A stretch of DNA of 64,000 bases. Origin: Prasinococcaceae sp. CCMP 1430 (taxonomy: Eukaryota > Plantae > Prasinodermophyta). The DNA is taken from contig RQSC01000033.1 in assembly GCA_013416795.1 (NCBI GenBank), positions 154,583-218,582 on the forward strand, in the 5' to 3' direction. A program made the translations under genes and the position numbers. Below the pieces are notes generated by a model. It saw only the letters and a program-made list of their open reading frames with translations. It searched no databases and was not told where the DNA came from. This document shows positions 22,227 through 31,391 of this stretch, in pieces (within the stretch, counting starts at the first letter, position 1; each line of letters opens with the position of its first letter).

Positions 22227-22532
22227 GGGGGTGACGGGCTCGAAGGGCGCCTTGGTGGGCACCGGCACGGGGCGCACGGGCGCCTCGGTGGGGGTGACGG
22301 GCTCGAAGGGCGCCTTGGTGGGCACCGGCACCGGGCGCACGGGCGCCTCGGTGGGGGTGACGGGCTCGAAGGGCGCCTTGGTGGGCACCGGCACCGGGCG
22401 CACGGGCGCCTCGGTGGGGCTGACGGGCTCGAAGGGCGCCTTGGTGGGCACGGGAACCGGCCTGTACCCGCCGCCCTTGGCGGCGGCAGTGCCGGCGAGT
22501 GCCATCATGATGGCGGCGGACAGGCGCGACAT
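22110..22532 (-). CDS. Small secreted Pro/Thr/Val-rich tandem-repeat protein (HRGP/mucin-like)
   Basis: Signal-peptide-like MSRLSAAIMMALAGTAAA followed by repeats of TEAPVRPVPVPTKAPFEPV(T/S)P. Differences between copies are mostly synonymous. Confidence 0.75.
   Translation of the reverse strand: MSRLSAAIMMALAGTAAAKGGGYRPVPVPTKAPFEPVSPTEAPVRPVPVPTKAPFEPVTPTEAPVRPVPVPTKAPFEPVTPTEAPVRPVPVPTKAPFEPVTPTEAPVRPVPVPTKAPFEPVSPTKAPFEPVTPTRAPSRY
22165..22460 (+). repeat. 63-bp coding minisatellite (~4.5 units)
   Basis: Unit GGTGGGG(G/C)TGACGGGCTCGAAGGGCGCCTTGGTGGG(G/C)ACCGGCAC(G/C)GGGCGCACGGGCGCCTC. Confidence 0.9.
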
Positions 22533-22672
22533 GGCGACGAGTGGGGTGGTGGCACAGGGAGTGTGTGCGAGCGCGCGCTCTGTGGCGCGCGCGGCGCGCG
22601 CGCCCGCGTCTCCTACCACCCCTCCCGCGCGCCTGCGCGCGCGAGGTGCGCCCCCGCCGCCCCGTCGCGCAC

Positions 22673-23044
22673 NNNNNNNNNNNNNNNNNNNNNNNNNNNN
22701 NNNNNNNNNNNNNNNNNNNNNNNNNNNNNNNNNNNNNNNNNNNNNNNNNNNNNNNNNNNNNNNNNNNNNNNNNNNNNNNNNNNNNNNNNNNNNNNNNNNN
22801 NNNNNNNNNNNNNNNNNNNNNNNNNNNNNNNNNNNNNNNNNNNNNNNNNNNNNNNNNNNNNNNNNNNNNNNNNNNNNNNNNNNNNNNNNNNNNNNNNNNN
22901 NNNNNNNNNNNNNNNNNNNNNNNNNNNNNNNNNNNNNNNNNNNNNNNNNNNNNNNNNNNNNNNNNNNNNNNNNNNNNNNNNNNNNNNNNNNNNNNNNNNN
23001 NNNNNNNNNNNNNNNNNNNNNNNNNNNNNNNNNNNNNNNNNNNN
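22673..23044. other. Assembly gap (N-run)
   Basis: 372 N. Confidence 1.
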
Positions 23045-24155
23045 GCGCCGCCGGGCCGCGCCGCGGGCGCGCGCGCGCGCGCGCATTTTTCCGGCGCACG
23101 AAAAAAGATCGGAAACCCCCGTTTGACAGCGCCGCGCGCCCGCGGCCGCCGCCAGCCACCAGCCAGGGATCGGGGGGTCCGATCGTCAACCGTTACGCCG
23201 GGGCCCTGAGTGGGCGAACTGACCTGAATTGACTACGCGGAGCGCGTGCTCGATCGCATCGATTAGCGGCAGTCGAGGAGCCAACGGCTCGAGGCGAGGA
23301 CTCCCACGCGTGGGTGTTCGGGGCGCTCATTGAACCCCGGGCGCGGATTTCCGAGCGCGCGCGTTTGACGGCCGGCGCCGGCGGCTGCGGCGGCTGCGCC
23401 CACACCACGAGCACGAAGGAGGGTGCACGCGCGGGCCACGTGCGTGCCATGCAATGCAATGCAGCGCGTGCCGGGGCGTCGTGGAAGGCTTCTGGAAGGA
23501 CGCCGTGCAGCGTTGACGCGTGCTCGGTCCTCGAGCATTGAGAGCCCCGCAGTCATCAGCGCTTGGGAGCAGCTGCCGGCTGGGGTGGGGTTACGACTTA
23601 CGAGCGCGCGCATACTATTACTAACTCGTGGTAGGGCGTGTCAGGCCGGCACGCGCGCTCGCACAGCAAAGGGCCACACCCTGCAGGCACCAATTCAGGT
23701 GGCCTGGGCGCGCCTCGTCGAATGTTGTCGTCACCCAGCCGGTCCCCGCCACAAACGTGGGGTCCTCGATCGCCCCAAGGCGCCCGGCGATGTCAAAACA
23801 GGTGCATCTCGATGCCTCGCGGCCATTACAGTCGCCGACGTGCATGTTTGCCGGGGGTTGTTTGCACGCGAGGGCCGCGCTGATCAGAGGCAGTTCGACT
23901 GCGTCAAAGAAACCGCTGTCGTGTGATGGACCGCGGCGTCGTCAACATGTTTTCGTCCGTTACCAGCAACATGATTGACCGCACGACAGCACGTCGTCGG
24001 CGGGCGGCAGGTGGTGAGAGGTACCAAGTCAAGGCCAGGCCAACGCGCCGGCTCGCTCTTGGGCGAGCACGCCGTCGCATCGCTTCGTCTCAGTCCACTA
24101 GAGATTCTGTATATTATAGCGAGATGGGATCCTTGCGCGCACAGAAAAGCTCGGC

Positions 24156-25499
24156 TCAGACGGAATAGTCCAGCAGCGAGAGCTCCCCGCTGCGCGCCTC
24201 CCCCCCCTTGGCGGGGGCGGGCAGCTTGGCGAGCGCCTCGGCGGCGATCGCGTCGCCGTACGCCGCGAGGCGGTGCAGGCTGAACACGACGTAGTCCTGG
24301 TCGGCGCGCCAGCGCGAGTCCGCCGAGTACAGGCGCATGTACGTGTAGTGGCGCAGCTCCCCCAGGACGGCCTCCTCCTCCGCAAGCTGGCCCTCGCACC
24401 AGCCGTGCTTGCCCTCGGTGAGCTGGGCCGGAAAGGCCATCGGCTCGAGCTTGTCGTGCGAGAAGGGGAGGATGTCTGGCGTGGCGCCCGTCGCGTGCGC
24501 GGTCTTGCGGGCGGCGACGCTCGCCGGGCCCTCGGACAGGTCGGGCTCCTGCAGCAGCGCGGCCGCCGCGATGAGGCGCTGCTCGAGCCAGTTGAAGGTC
24601 GTCCCTGCGAGCTCCGGCACCACCATGCCGATGCCTCGCGCCTTGAGCCAGTGCTCGCACTTCTTGGCCCAGCCGTCGGCGTCCTCGGTGAGCCGTTCGG
24701 CGCAGCCCCTGCACACCAGCGCGTTGACCGCGCCGGCGGTGGTCTCGCTCTCCACGAAGTACTGCTTGACGTCCAAGCCGCTGGCCGACTCGGCGTCGAA
24801 GATGTCGTTCATGAGTTGCAGCGCCTGCGCGCGAGGCGACGCGGGAGGCGCGGGAGCGGGTGCGCGAGTCAGCGGCGGAGACAGAGCGCCCGTCGCGAGC
24901 GCTCGCTCGCGCGCGCTCGCAGCCGAACGCACCGGCGGCTGGACGCTGGCGCTCCACTCCACCCAGAATCCCCCCAGCACGTGTTTGCCCGCTGCGGGCG
25001 TCGCGCCGCCGGCGTCGCCCTTGAGCAAAATCGCGCAGCACGCGCACGCGCCGCGCACGTGCGCCGCGGACGGCGTCGCCACCGTGACGTCGCGAAAGGT
25101 CTGGTCGATCCCTCCCAGGCGGGCGGCCTCGTCCGCGCCGGCGCTCCCGGGATCGTTCGCGCCCGCAGCGCCATCCCCGCCCGCGGCCGCGGCCGCGCCG
25201 CCCGCCTGCTTGCCGCGGGCAGCAGGCGTCGCTTGCTTGCCGACCGTTCCGCCCCCCCTCGACGCCGCGAGCCGCTTGCACAGCAGCTTGTGCTTCTTCC
25301 ACGCGCCCCGCTGGCACTCCTTGGAGCAATAGGAGACGTGCCGGCACGCCGAGCACTCGCGCAGCTGCCGGCTCCGCACGCCGCAGTGCGCGCACGCGGC
25401 CTCGCCGGCGGTCGCCCTCTCCCGACCGCGCTCCGCCCGCCTGGCGGCCGCGCGGCGGCTGGCCTGCCCGGGTTGCGCCGCGCGCCTCTTCGGGTCCAC
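24156..25499 (-). CDS. MYND zinc-finger protein with C-terminal Helitron-like Cys/LEQRLIA/EPMAFP region; probable intron 24825-24932
   Basis: MYND: CAHC...CSACRHVSYCSKECQRGAWKKHKLLC. The 108-bp in-frame segment has a GTGCGT donor, a CTGAC branch site and a CAG acceptor. No ATG start identified. Confidence 0.8.
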   Translation of the reverse strand: MDPKRRAAQPGQASRRAAARRAERGRERATAGEAACAHCGVRSRQLRECSACRHVSYCSKECQRGAWKKHKLLCKRLAASRGGGTVGKQATPAARGKQAGGAAAAAGGDGAAGANDPGSAGADEAARLGGIDQTFRDVTVATPSAAHVRGACACCAILLKGDAGGATPAAGKHVLGGFWVEWSASVQPPVRSAASARERALATGALSPPLTRAPAPAPPASPRAQALQLMNDIFDAESASGLDVKQYFVESETTAGAVNALVCRGCAERLTEDADGWAKKCEHWLKARGIGMVVPELAGTTFNWLEQRLIAAAALLQEPDLSEGPASVAARKTAHATGATPDILPFSHDKLEPMAFPAQLTEGKHGWCEGQLAEEEAVLGELRHYTYMRLYSADSRWRADQDYVVFSLHRLAAYGDAIAAEALAKLPAPAKGGEARSGELSLLDYSV

Positions 25500-25786
25500 A
25501 CAGTAAGTAGGGTCTACACATCAAAGATATACCCTAATAGTCTGTAGAATAAACCCAAATACCCGAACCGCAACATGAACACACCCTTCGTTTCGTAACC
25601 GTCGGCCCCATGAACAGGCACACATCCCTCCTCTGACTTCTGACCATATCGTACACACGCGCAGAGGGCCCGCGCTCGGCGCGACACTTGGCGCGCCATC
25701 CGCCGGCGTCGGCGGCGCCGCACATCATCCTCCCGCCGACACCGACGGGGGCCGAGGGGGGCGCGGGCGGCGCCGCCGGCGGGCGC

Positions 25787-25813
25787 GTGTGTGTGCTTGT
25801 GCGTGCGTGCGCG

Positions 25814-25853
<40 letters not shown>

Positions 25854-25897
25854 GCGTGCGTGTGTGTGTGCGTTTTTGTGTGTGTGTGTGTGTGTGA

Positions 25898-25953
<56 letters not shown>
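25787..25953 (+). repeat. (GT)n microsatellite, probably intronic
   Basis: Directly visible; followed by a CGGCAG acceptor at ~25968. Confidence 0.95.
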
Positions 25954-25954
<1 letters not shown>

Positions 25955-25968
25955 CCGCGCTCGGCAGG

Positions 25969-27000
25969 CCGGACGAAGCGGCGTCCGAGGCGGTGCGCGC
26001 CGTGGCGCTCGACCCGGGCTACGGGCGGGCGCGCGACAGGCTGGCGTCGCTCGCCGCCAAGTGTGGGCACCTCGGCGCGCTGATCGCCGCCGCCGAGCAC
26101 GCCGCCCGCAAGTACTCGGACAGCACGTCGGCGGGGCCGCTGCTGCGCTCGCTGCGGCTGCTCGCGCAAGGCCGCTCGGAGGGCAACGCGCGCTTCGGCC
26201 GGGGGAACTACAGGGCGGCGATCGAGGCGTACACGTGGGGCCTCGAGCAGGCCGAGGCAGCGGCGCGCGAGGACGTCGACCGCAACGCCGACTCGCCGGG
26301 CGCGCTGCCCGGCGCGGCGCTGCTTTGGAGCAACCGCGCGGCGTGCCGCGCCAAGGAGGGGGACCACGAGGGCGCTGTCGCCGACGCGCGACGCGCGCTC
26401 AGGGCGGCGCCAGAGTACCACAAGGCGCGCCTCAGGCTCGCGGCGGCACTGGCCGAGCTCGGCGAGCACGCAGAGGCCGCAGAGGAGTACTCGTCGCTGC
26501 GCAGCGAGCTGCCGGGGGACGTGCCGGTCGCGCTGGGCCTGTACCGGTCGAAGAGGGAGCTCGCGCGGAGGTCGGGCGGAGGGGAGGAGGTGCACTACGC
26601 AGGCCCGCCGCGGCTGGCCCGCGCGAGCAGCGTTGCGCAGTATCGCGAGAGCACGCACGACAGCGCCGCGTACCGCCGCGGCGTGTCCCTGCTGCTCTTC
26701 ACGCACGCGCACTGCCTGCCCGCCGCGCGGCTCACGCCGGTGCTGGAGAAGCTGTCGGTGCGCTTCCCGGAGGTGCTCTTCCTGGTGGTCGACCGAGACG
26801 GGGACGCCGAGATGGAGCGGCTGGTCGAGGACGACCTCGGCGTGGACGAGTACCCCACCGTGCGCCTCTTCGACGGCGGGCGGCCGCGCGGCGAGCTCGT
26901 GCACCCGTCGCCGAACGAGCTTCGCGCGACGCTCGCAGAGGCGGTGCGGCGCGCAGAGGAGGAGCAGCGCGAGGCGGCGGAGGCCATACCACGAGTGTGA
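25969..27000 (+). CDS. TPR + C-terminal thioredoxin-like protein (TTL-like); 5' exon unresolved
   Basis: TPRs: SEGNARFGRGNYRAAIEAYTWGL and LWSNRAAC...AVADARRAL...YHKARLR. Trx-like: LEKLSVRFPEVLFLVVD...YPTVRLFDGG, without a CxxC. Confidence 0.8.
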   Translation, partial: PDEAASEAVRAVALDPGYGRARDRLASLAAKCGHLGALIAAAEHAARKYSDSTSAGPLLRSLRLLAQGRSEGNARFGRGNYRAAIEAYTWGLEQAEAAAREDVDRNADSPGALPGAALLWSNRAACRAKEGDHEGAVADARRALRAAPEYHKARLRLAAALAELGEHAEAAEEYSSLRSELPGDVPVALGLYRSKRELARRSGGGEEVHYAGPPRLARASSVAQYRESTHDSAAYRRGVSLLLFTHAHCLPAARLTPVLEKLSVRFPEVLFLVVDRDGDAEMERLVEDDLGVDEYPTVRLFDGGRPRGELVHPSPNELRATLAEAVRRAEEEQREAAEAIPRV

Positions 27001-27067
27001 TTTTACTTTCGACACCTGCACATGCACTTGTTGTGCGTGCTTGCGAGCGCGCTCGAAGGCGCGTCTA

Positions 27068-28473
27068 CTAGAGCTCGCCCATCGCTTGGTCCATGGCGTC
27101 CGCGAGGAAGTCCGCGTCGGCCATGGTCATGCACATGGGCGGCTTGATGCGGAAGACGCTCCCGTTCATCCCGCCCTTGCCAATGAGCACCCCCAGCTCC
27201 TTCATGCGCTCGAAGACCTGCGCCGTCTCCGCTGGGGCGTGCTCCTTGGTCGCGCGGTCCTTGACGAGCTCCATGCCGAGCATGAGGCCGTCGCCGCGCA
27301 CGATGCCGATGACGTCGTGCTTGTCTTGCAGCTCGGTCAGGCGGCGCTTCAGGTACGCGCCGACGATGGCGGCGTTCTCCTGAAGGCCGTCCTCGTCGAT
27401 GGTCCGGAGCACCGCGCGCCCCACGGCGCTCACCACGGGGTTGCCGCCGTAGGTGTTGAAGTGCTGCGCCCGCGTGAGCGTCTGCGCGATCTCGGGGGTG
27501 GTGACGACCGCCGCGAGCGGGAAGCCGTTGCCGATGCCCTTGGCCATGGTGACGATGTCGGGCATGACGCCCGCGCGCTCGAAGCCCCAGAAGTGCGAGC
27601 CCATGCGGCCGAAGCCCGTCTGCACCTCGTCAGCGATGCACACGCCGCCGTGCTCGCGCGCCAGGGCGTGCGCCTCCGGCAGGAAGCCGTCGGCGAAGTC
27701 GACCGTCCCGCCGTAGCCCTGCACGCTCTCCGCGAAGAAGCCCGCGATCTGGCCGCACGTCGAGGCCTGGATGGACTCGCGGAACTCCCTGACGTAGGCC
27801 GACGCGTCGTTGCCGAACGCGCCGCGGTACGGATCGGGGTTCATCGTCTGGTGGACGCCGTTGCCGGCAATCGAGCCGCCTGGCATGTTGTACTTCCAGG
27901 TGTGCATGGCCGTCAGCGAGTTGGTGGCCGGAGACGCGCCGTGGTAGCTGTTGCGCAGCGAGAAGAGCGCCTGGTTGCCCGTGTAGAGGCGCGCCATCGT
28001 CATCGCCATGTCGTTGGCCTCGCTGCCCGAGTTGACGAAGTACACCACCTTGAGGTTGCCGGGCATGCGGGCGGCGAGCTCCTTGGCGTACATCGCCGTC
28101 TGCTCGCCGAGGTAGATGTTGGTCGTGTGCTGCAGGCGGCTCATCTGGTTGTAGGCCGCGCGCAGGATCGAGGGGTGCGAGTGGCCCACCGACACCGTCA
28201 CGATGCCGCCGAAGGCGTCCAGGTAGCGGCGCCCCTTCTCGTCGTACAGGTACTGCATGTGGCCGTCCGTGATCATCACGGGCTGCTTGTAGAAGTGGTT
28301 GAGGGCGGGCGACATGTGCATCTTGCGCGCCTGCCACACCTCCTCCTTGGAGGGGCCGGTGTACGGCGGCGGCGTGTAGTCGCACGGGGGCAGCTCGGGG
28401 GGCTGCACGTAGTCGAAGTCATCGAGCGCGGGCACGGCGGCCGCCGACGCGGCCGCCGACGCTTGCGCGCGCG
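27068..28473 (-). CDS. AGT2: Alanine:glyoxylate aminotransferase 2 (class III PLP aminotransferase); 5' end cut at N 28474
   Basis: QYLYDEKGRRYLDAFGGIVTVSVGH, FVNSGSEANDMA, ADEVQTGFGR, TMAKGIGNG (PLP Lys), VFRIKPPMC. Confidence 0.95.
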
Positions 28474-28474
28474 N

Positions 28475-29803
28475 TTCACCGCGCGCTGCTCCCGCCACCG
28501 GGTCAAAGAGGCGCCGACGTGCGAGCTGTGCCTGGAAAAGGGCACGAGCGAGCGGCCCCTGGGGGAGTTCGAGGGAAAGCGCCTCCATGCCGACTGCGCG
28601 GAGTGGTGCCCCGAGGCGTACCTGAACGAGGACGACCAGCTGGTCAACGTGGCCAAGTCGGTCGCTCGTGCGAAGAAGCTTGGCTGCGCGTACTGCCAGA
28701 AGCCTGGCGCGGCGCTGGGCTGCTCGCGCAAGGGCTGCCCGGCGTCCTTCCACCTCATGTGCGTCGAAGCGAGCGGTGGCCTGCTGCAGAAGCAAAGGTT
28801 TACGGCGCGGTGCGAGCAGCACGCTTTGCCGCGCGTGAGGGAGCAAGAGATGCGAGAGCGCCGAGAGGCGGAGGACGCCGGTGGTGCGGATGACCCTGCG
28901 TCTGTTGAGCCGGACGACGGCAGCGGCGGTGTGGACCAAGAGCTCTTGGCATGGCCTCTGCAGCCGCCGGCCCCTCTACCGGCTTCGCAGCCGCCGCGAC
29001 GGACGCCGCCCCGACGCGCTTTCAAGAAGCGGTGTGCGGCGGTCGGACTGCAAGAGGACTCGAGCGAGGACGATGACGTGCCGCTCGCTCAGAGGCCGCG
29101 TGGGCCAAAGAGCACGCCATCGGCCGCGCCGCAGCAGCGGCGGCTCGTCGCCGCCGCCGCTGCTGCGCAGCAGCAGTCTTTGCAGGCGGGCCTTGGCGAC
29201 GAGGGCAGCAATGGCAATGAGCAGGATGTGCAGCGCTCTCGCGAACCACAAGCTGCCAACACGGCCGGGGAGGAGCAGAACGTGCCGCCGCATCCGGTCC
29301 TCCCGCCCAAAACGACATCACCTGCACGAGAGACGTCCACCGGTGCTGGCCTTGACGATACGCACTCGCGCTCGCACGCGCGCGGCGCGCGCTCGCCCGC
29401 CGTGTCAACTCCAATGCATACAGACGTCAACTCCAATGCACGGACCGGACCGGACAGACAGAGGGTGCTGCCGATCCGGACACACGTTTTTTTTCTCCTC
29501 CCACCCAAAGCTCCTTTTTCACTTTATTTGTTGTTGTTGGTTTGGCTTATTTGTTGTTGTCGACCAACAGGAGCCTTCGATGGATTGAATGAAAAAGGGA
29601 AACGCCAGGCTTTTTTTCCCGCGACCGACTCGACTCGACGAGGGCGGCCCGCGGATCGGATTCGCGCGCATCCCGAGAGATCCCGGGCGTGCGTTCGAGC
29701 GAGCGCCCCGTCCGTGCCTGGATGTGCCCCGCGTCGCGTGGCGCGACGGTACGGGGGCTGTGCCCATTGGAGGTCGGGCCTCGGATGTGATGTCGGTCGG
29801 TGA
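28475..29803 (+). CDS. Extended-PHD (zf-HC5HC2H) chromatin protein, 5'-truncated at N 28474; 3' end uncertain
   Basis: CELC...HADCAEWCPE...CAYCQKPGAALGCSRKGCPASFHLMC...RCEQH. Confidence 0.8.
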   Translation, partial: FTARCSRHRVKEAPTCELCLEKGTSERPLGEFEGKRLHADCAEWCPEAYLNEDDQLVNVAKSVARAKKLGCAYCQKPGAALGCSRKGCPASFHLMCVEASGGLLQKQRFTARCEQHALPRVREQEMRERREAEDAGGADDPASVEPDDGSGGVDQELLAWPLQPPAPLPASQPPRRTPPRRAFKKRCAAVGLQEDSSEDDDVPLAQRPRGPKSTPSAAPQQRRLVAAAAAAQQQSLQAGLGDEGSNGNEQDVQRSREPQAANTAGEEQNVPPHPVLPPKTTSPARETSTGAGLDDTHSRSHARGARSPAVSTPMHTDVNSNARTGPDRQRVLPIRTHVFFLLPPKAPFSLYLLLLVWLICCCRPTGAFDGLNEKGKRQAFFPATDSTRRGRPADRIRAHPERSRACVRASAPSVPGCAPRRVARRYGGCAHWRSGLGCDVGR

Positions 29804-29979
29804 GGTACGCACCTCGGGGACGCGCCTCGCGCCGTGACGTGTCAACGAACGAAGCGCGTGGATCGACCGACCCGCGCGACGCGCCTCGGCAGAGGCGGTC
29901 GCGCTCCGCGCAAGAGGGATTTCCTGGATGTTCTGCCGCGTCCCAGCGCCACCTTCCGCGAAGTCCAACCTGTCATTTT

Positions 29980-29988
29980 AAACCCTAA
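29980..29988 (+). promoter_or_regulatory. Telo-box AAACCCTAA upstream of the TRIC-like gene
   Basis: Exact motif in an AT-rich intergenic island. Confidence 0.55.
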
Positions 29989-30417
29989 TTGAAAAACCTT
30001 ATTTCCTGCGCCGGGGCGGATCAGGATTGAACCTAAACCTCGGCGCCGGCCGGCCGGCCGGCCGCGCGCGCGCGCGCGCGCTCTTTTCCCGAGATCTTTT
30101 TTTCGTGATGGCGGGAAAAGGGCGGGGACGGCGCCCCCGCGGGGCAGGCACGGATCCGACCGCCTCGGCTCCCCCCCTCCCCCCCCCCCCCTGCCCTGCC
30201 CTGCCCTCCCCTCCGCTCCCCTTCCCCGCAACCTCCCTCCGCGCTGGCTGGCGCGCGCGGGAGGAGGGGCGGCGAGGCGCGGCTCGCCGCCGCGGCCAAG
30301 GCCGCCGATGCCGCCGCCTCCCTCGACATCGACCTCAACGCGCACGCGGGCGCGCTGCGCACCGCGCTTGCGGGCGCCACGCCGCAGCTGCGCGCGGCGG
30401 CCGACGCGTTCGCAGCG

Positions 30418-31260
30418 GTGCCTTTCTACTGGGCGCTCCTCGGCCACTGCGTCGCGATGAACCTGCTGTTCAAGGGCAAGTACCGCGACAACTGGCTCAA
30501 GTCCTTCTGGGTGGCGTTCATCGGCGCCTTCGGCGGTGGCACCATGATGAACCTGCTGAGCTACCAGCCCGTGTCGTGGCTCGCGGACAACAACATGGTG
30601 TACATGTTCTTCGCGGTGTGGTACGCCATCAACTACCTGCCGTCCTTTGGGCTGGTGCCCGCGCTGGCCAACTTCGTGCCCGTGCGCATCGCAAGCAAGG
30701 CCGCCTCCACGCTGCTGCGCGCGCAGCTGCTCATCGCGATGGTGGACGCGGGCGTCAAGGCGCACCCGGGGCAGTGGTACACGCCCCTCTTCTACGGCAC
30801 GGTGGCGGCGACAGGCGGCAAATTCATCGCGGACGCGGTGGCGGCGATCAGCGGCGAGAGCACGCTCAGCAGTTTCTACATGCCCGAGTGGGCCGTGCGC
30901 TCGGGCTTCATCGGCTCGGTCGTGTACGTGCTGCTCGCCTACTCGCCGCTCGGCGACTACGAGCCGCTGCTGGAGGCCGAGCTCGCGGCCGCGGCCGTGA
31001 CGACCCTCTTCCTGGCGCACACCGTGGCGAGCGATCTGCTGGACGATCCCCTGGATTGGACCGCACCCTTCGAGTGGATCTTCCATCTCGTCACGCGCGT
31101 ACCGCCCTCCAAGAGCGACGCCATCTTCGACGAGGCGGTGGCCGAGGCCACGCCCAGTGCCGGGCCGGCGCCCAGCGCGACGCCGTCGAGGATAGAGGCG
31201 CCTTCGACAAGCACAACGCCCGCACCGCCCAAGAGGCGCACGCTGCCCAAGAGGAAGTAG
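30418..31260 (+). CDS. TRIC/TMEM38-like intracellular cation channel; true start lies upstream (frame open to ~30280)
   Basis: Multi-TM protein with FIGAFGGGTMMNLL...P..W...N....F.AVWY and a second G-rich helix YGTVAATGG, matching the TRIC repeat pattern. Confidence 0.65.
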   Translation: MPFYWALLGHCVAMNLLFKGKYRDNWLKSFWVAFIGAFGGGTMMNLLSYQPVSWLADNNMVYMFFAVWYAINYLPSFGLVPALANFVPVRIASKAASTLLRAQLLIAMVDAGVKAHPGQWYTPLFYGTVAATGGKFIADAVAAISGESTLSSFYMPEWAVRSGFIGSVVYVLLAYSPLGDYEPLLEAELAAAAVTTLFLAHTVASDLLDDPLDWTAPFEWIFHLVTRVPPSKSDAIFDEAVAEATPSAGPAPSATPSRIEAPSTSTTPAPPKRRTLPKRK

Positions 31261-31391
31261 TCGGCCTCGAGCAGCGCCATTCGCCGCATCAGTGAGACCA
31301 CAGCCGGTAAAGAAGTAGCTTATTCAAGCACACACGGAGGCGGTCTCGCGTTCGAGCTGCGGCGGGGGCCGACGCGCGGCGCTGCGTCTCG

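Noticed and set aside
22165-22460. Regular repeats as a possible CRISPR array
   Set aside because: No unique spacers, unit length is a multiple of 3 with synonymous variation, eukaryotic context, and no cas genes.
23885-23905. GTTCGA T-loop-like hairpin
   Set aside because: No acceptor, D or anticodon arms could be built.
24098-24101. CTAG downstream of the Helitron-like gene as an element 3' end
   Set aside because: No subterminal GC hairpin is visible, and a 4-mer is expected by chance.
26633-29803. 1056-aa ORF suggesting a large fusion protein
   Set aside because: It is the antisense of AGT2 read through the single N at 28474 into the ePHD gene.
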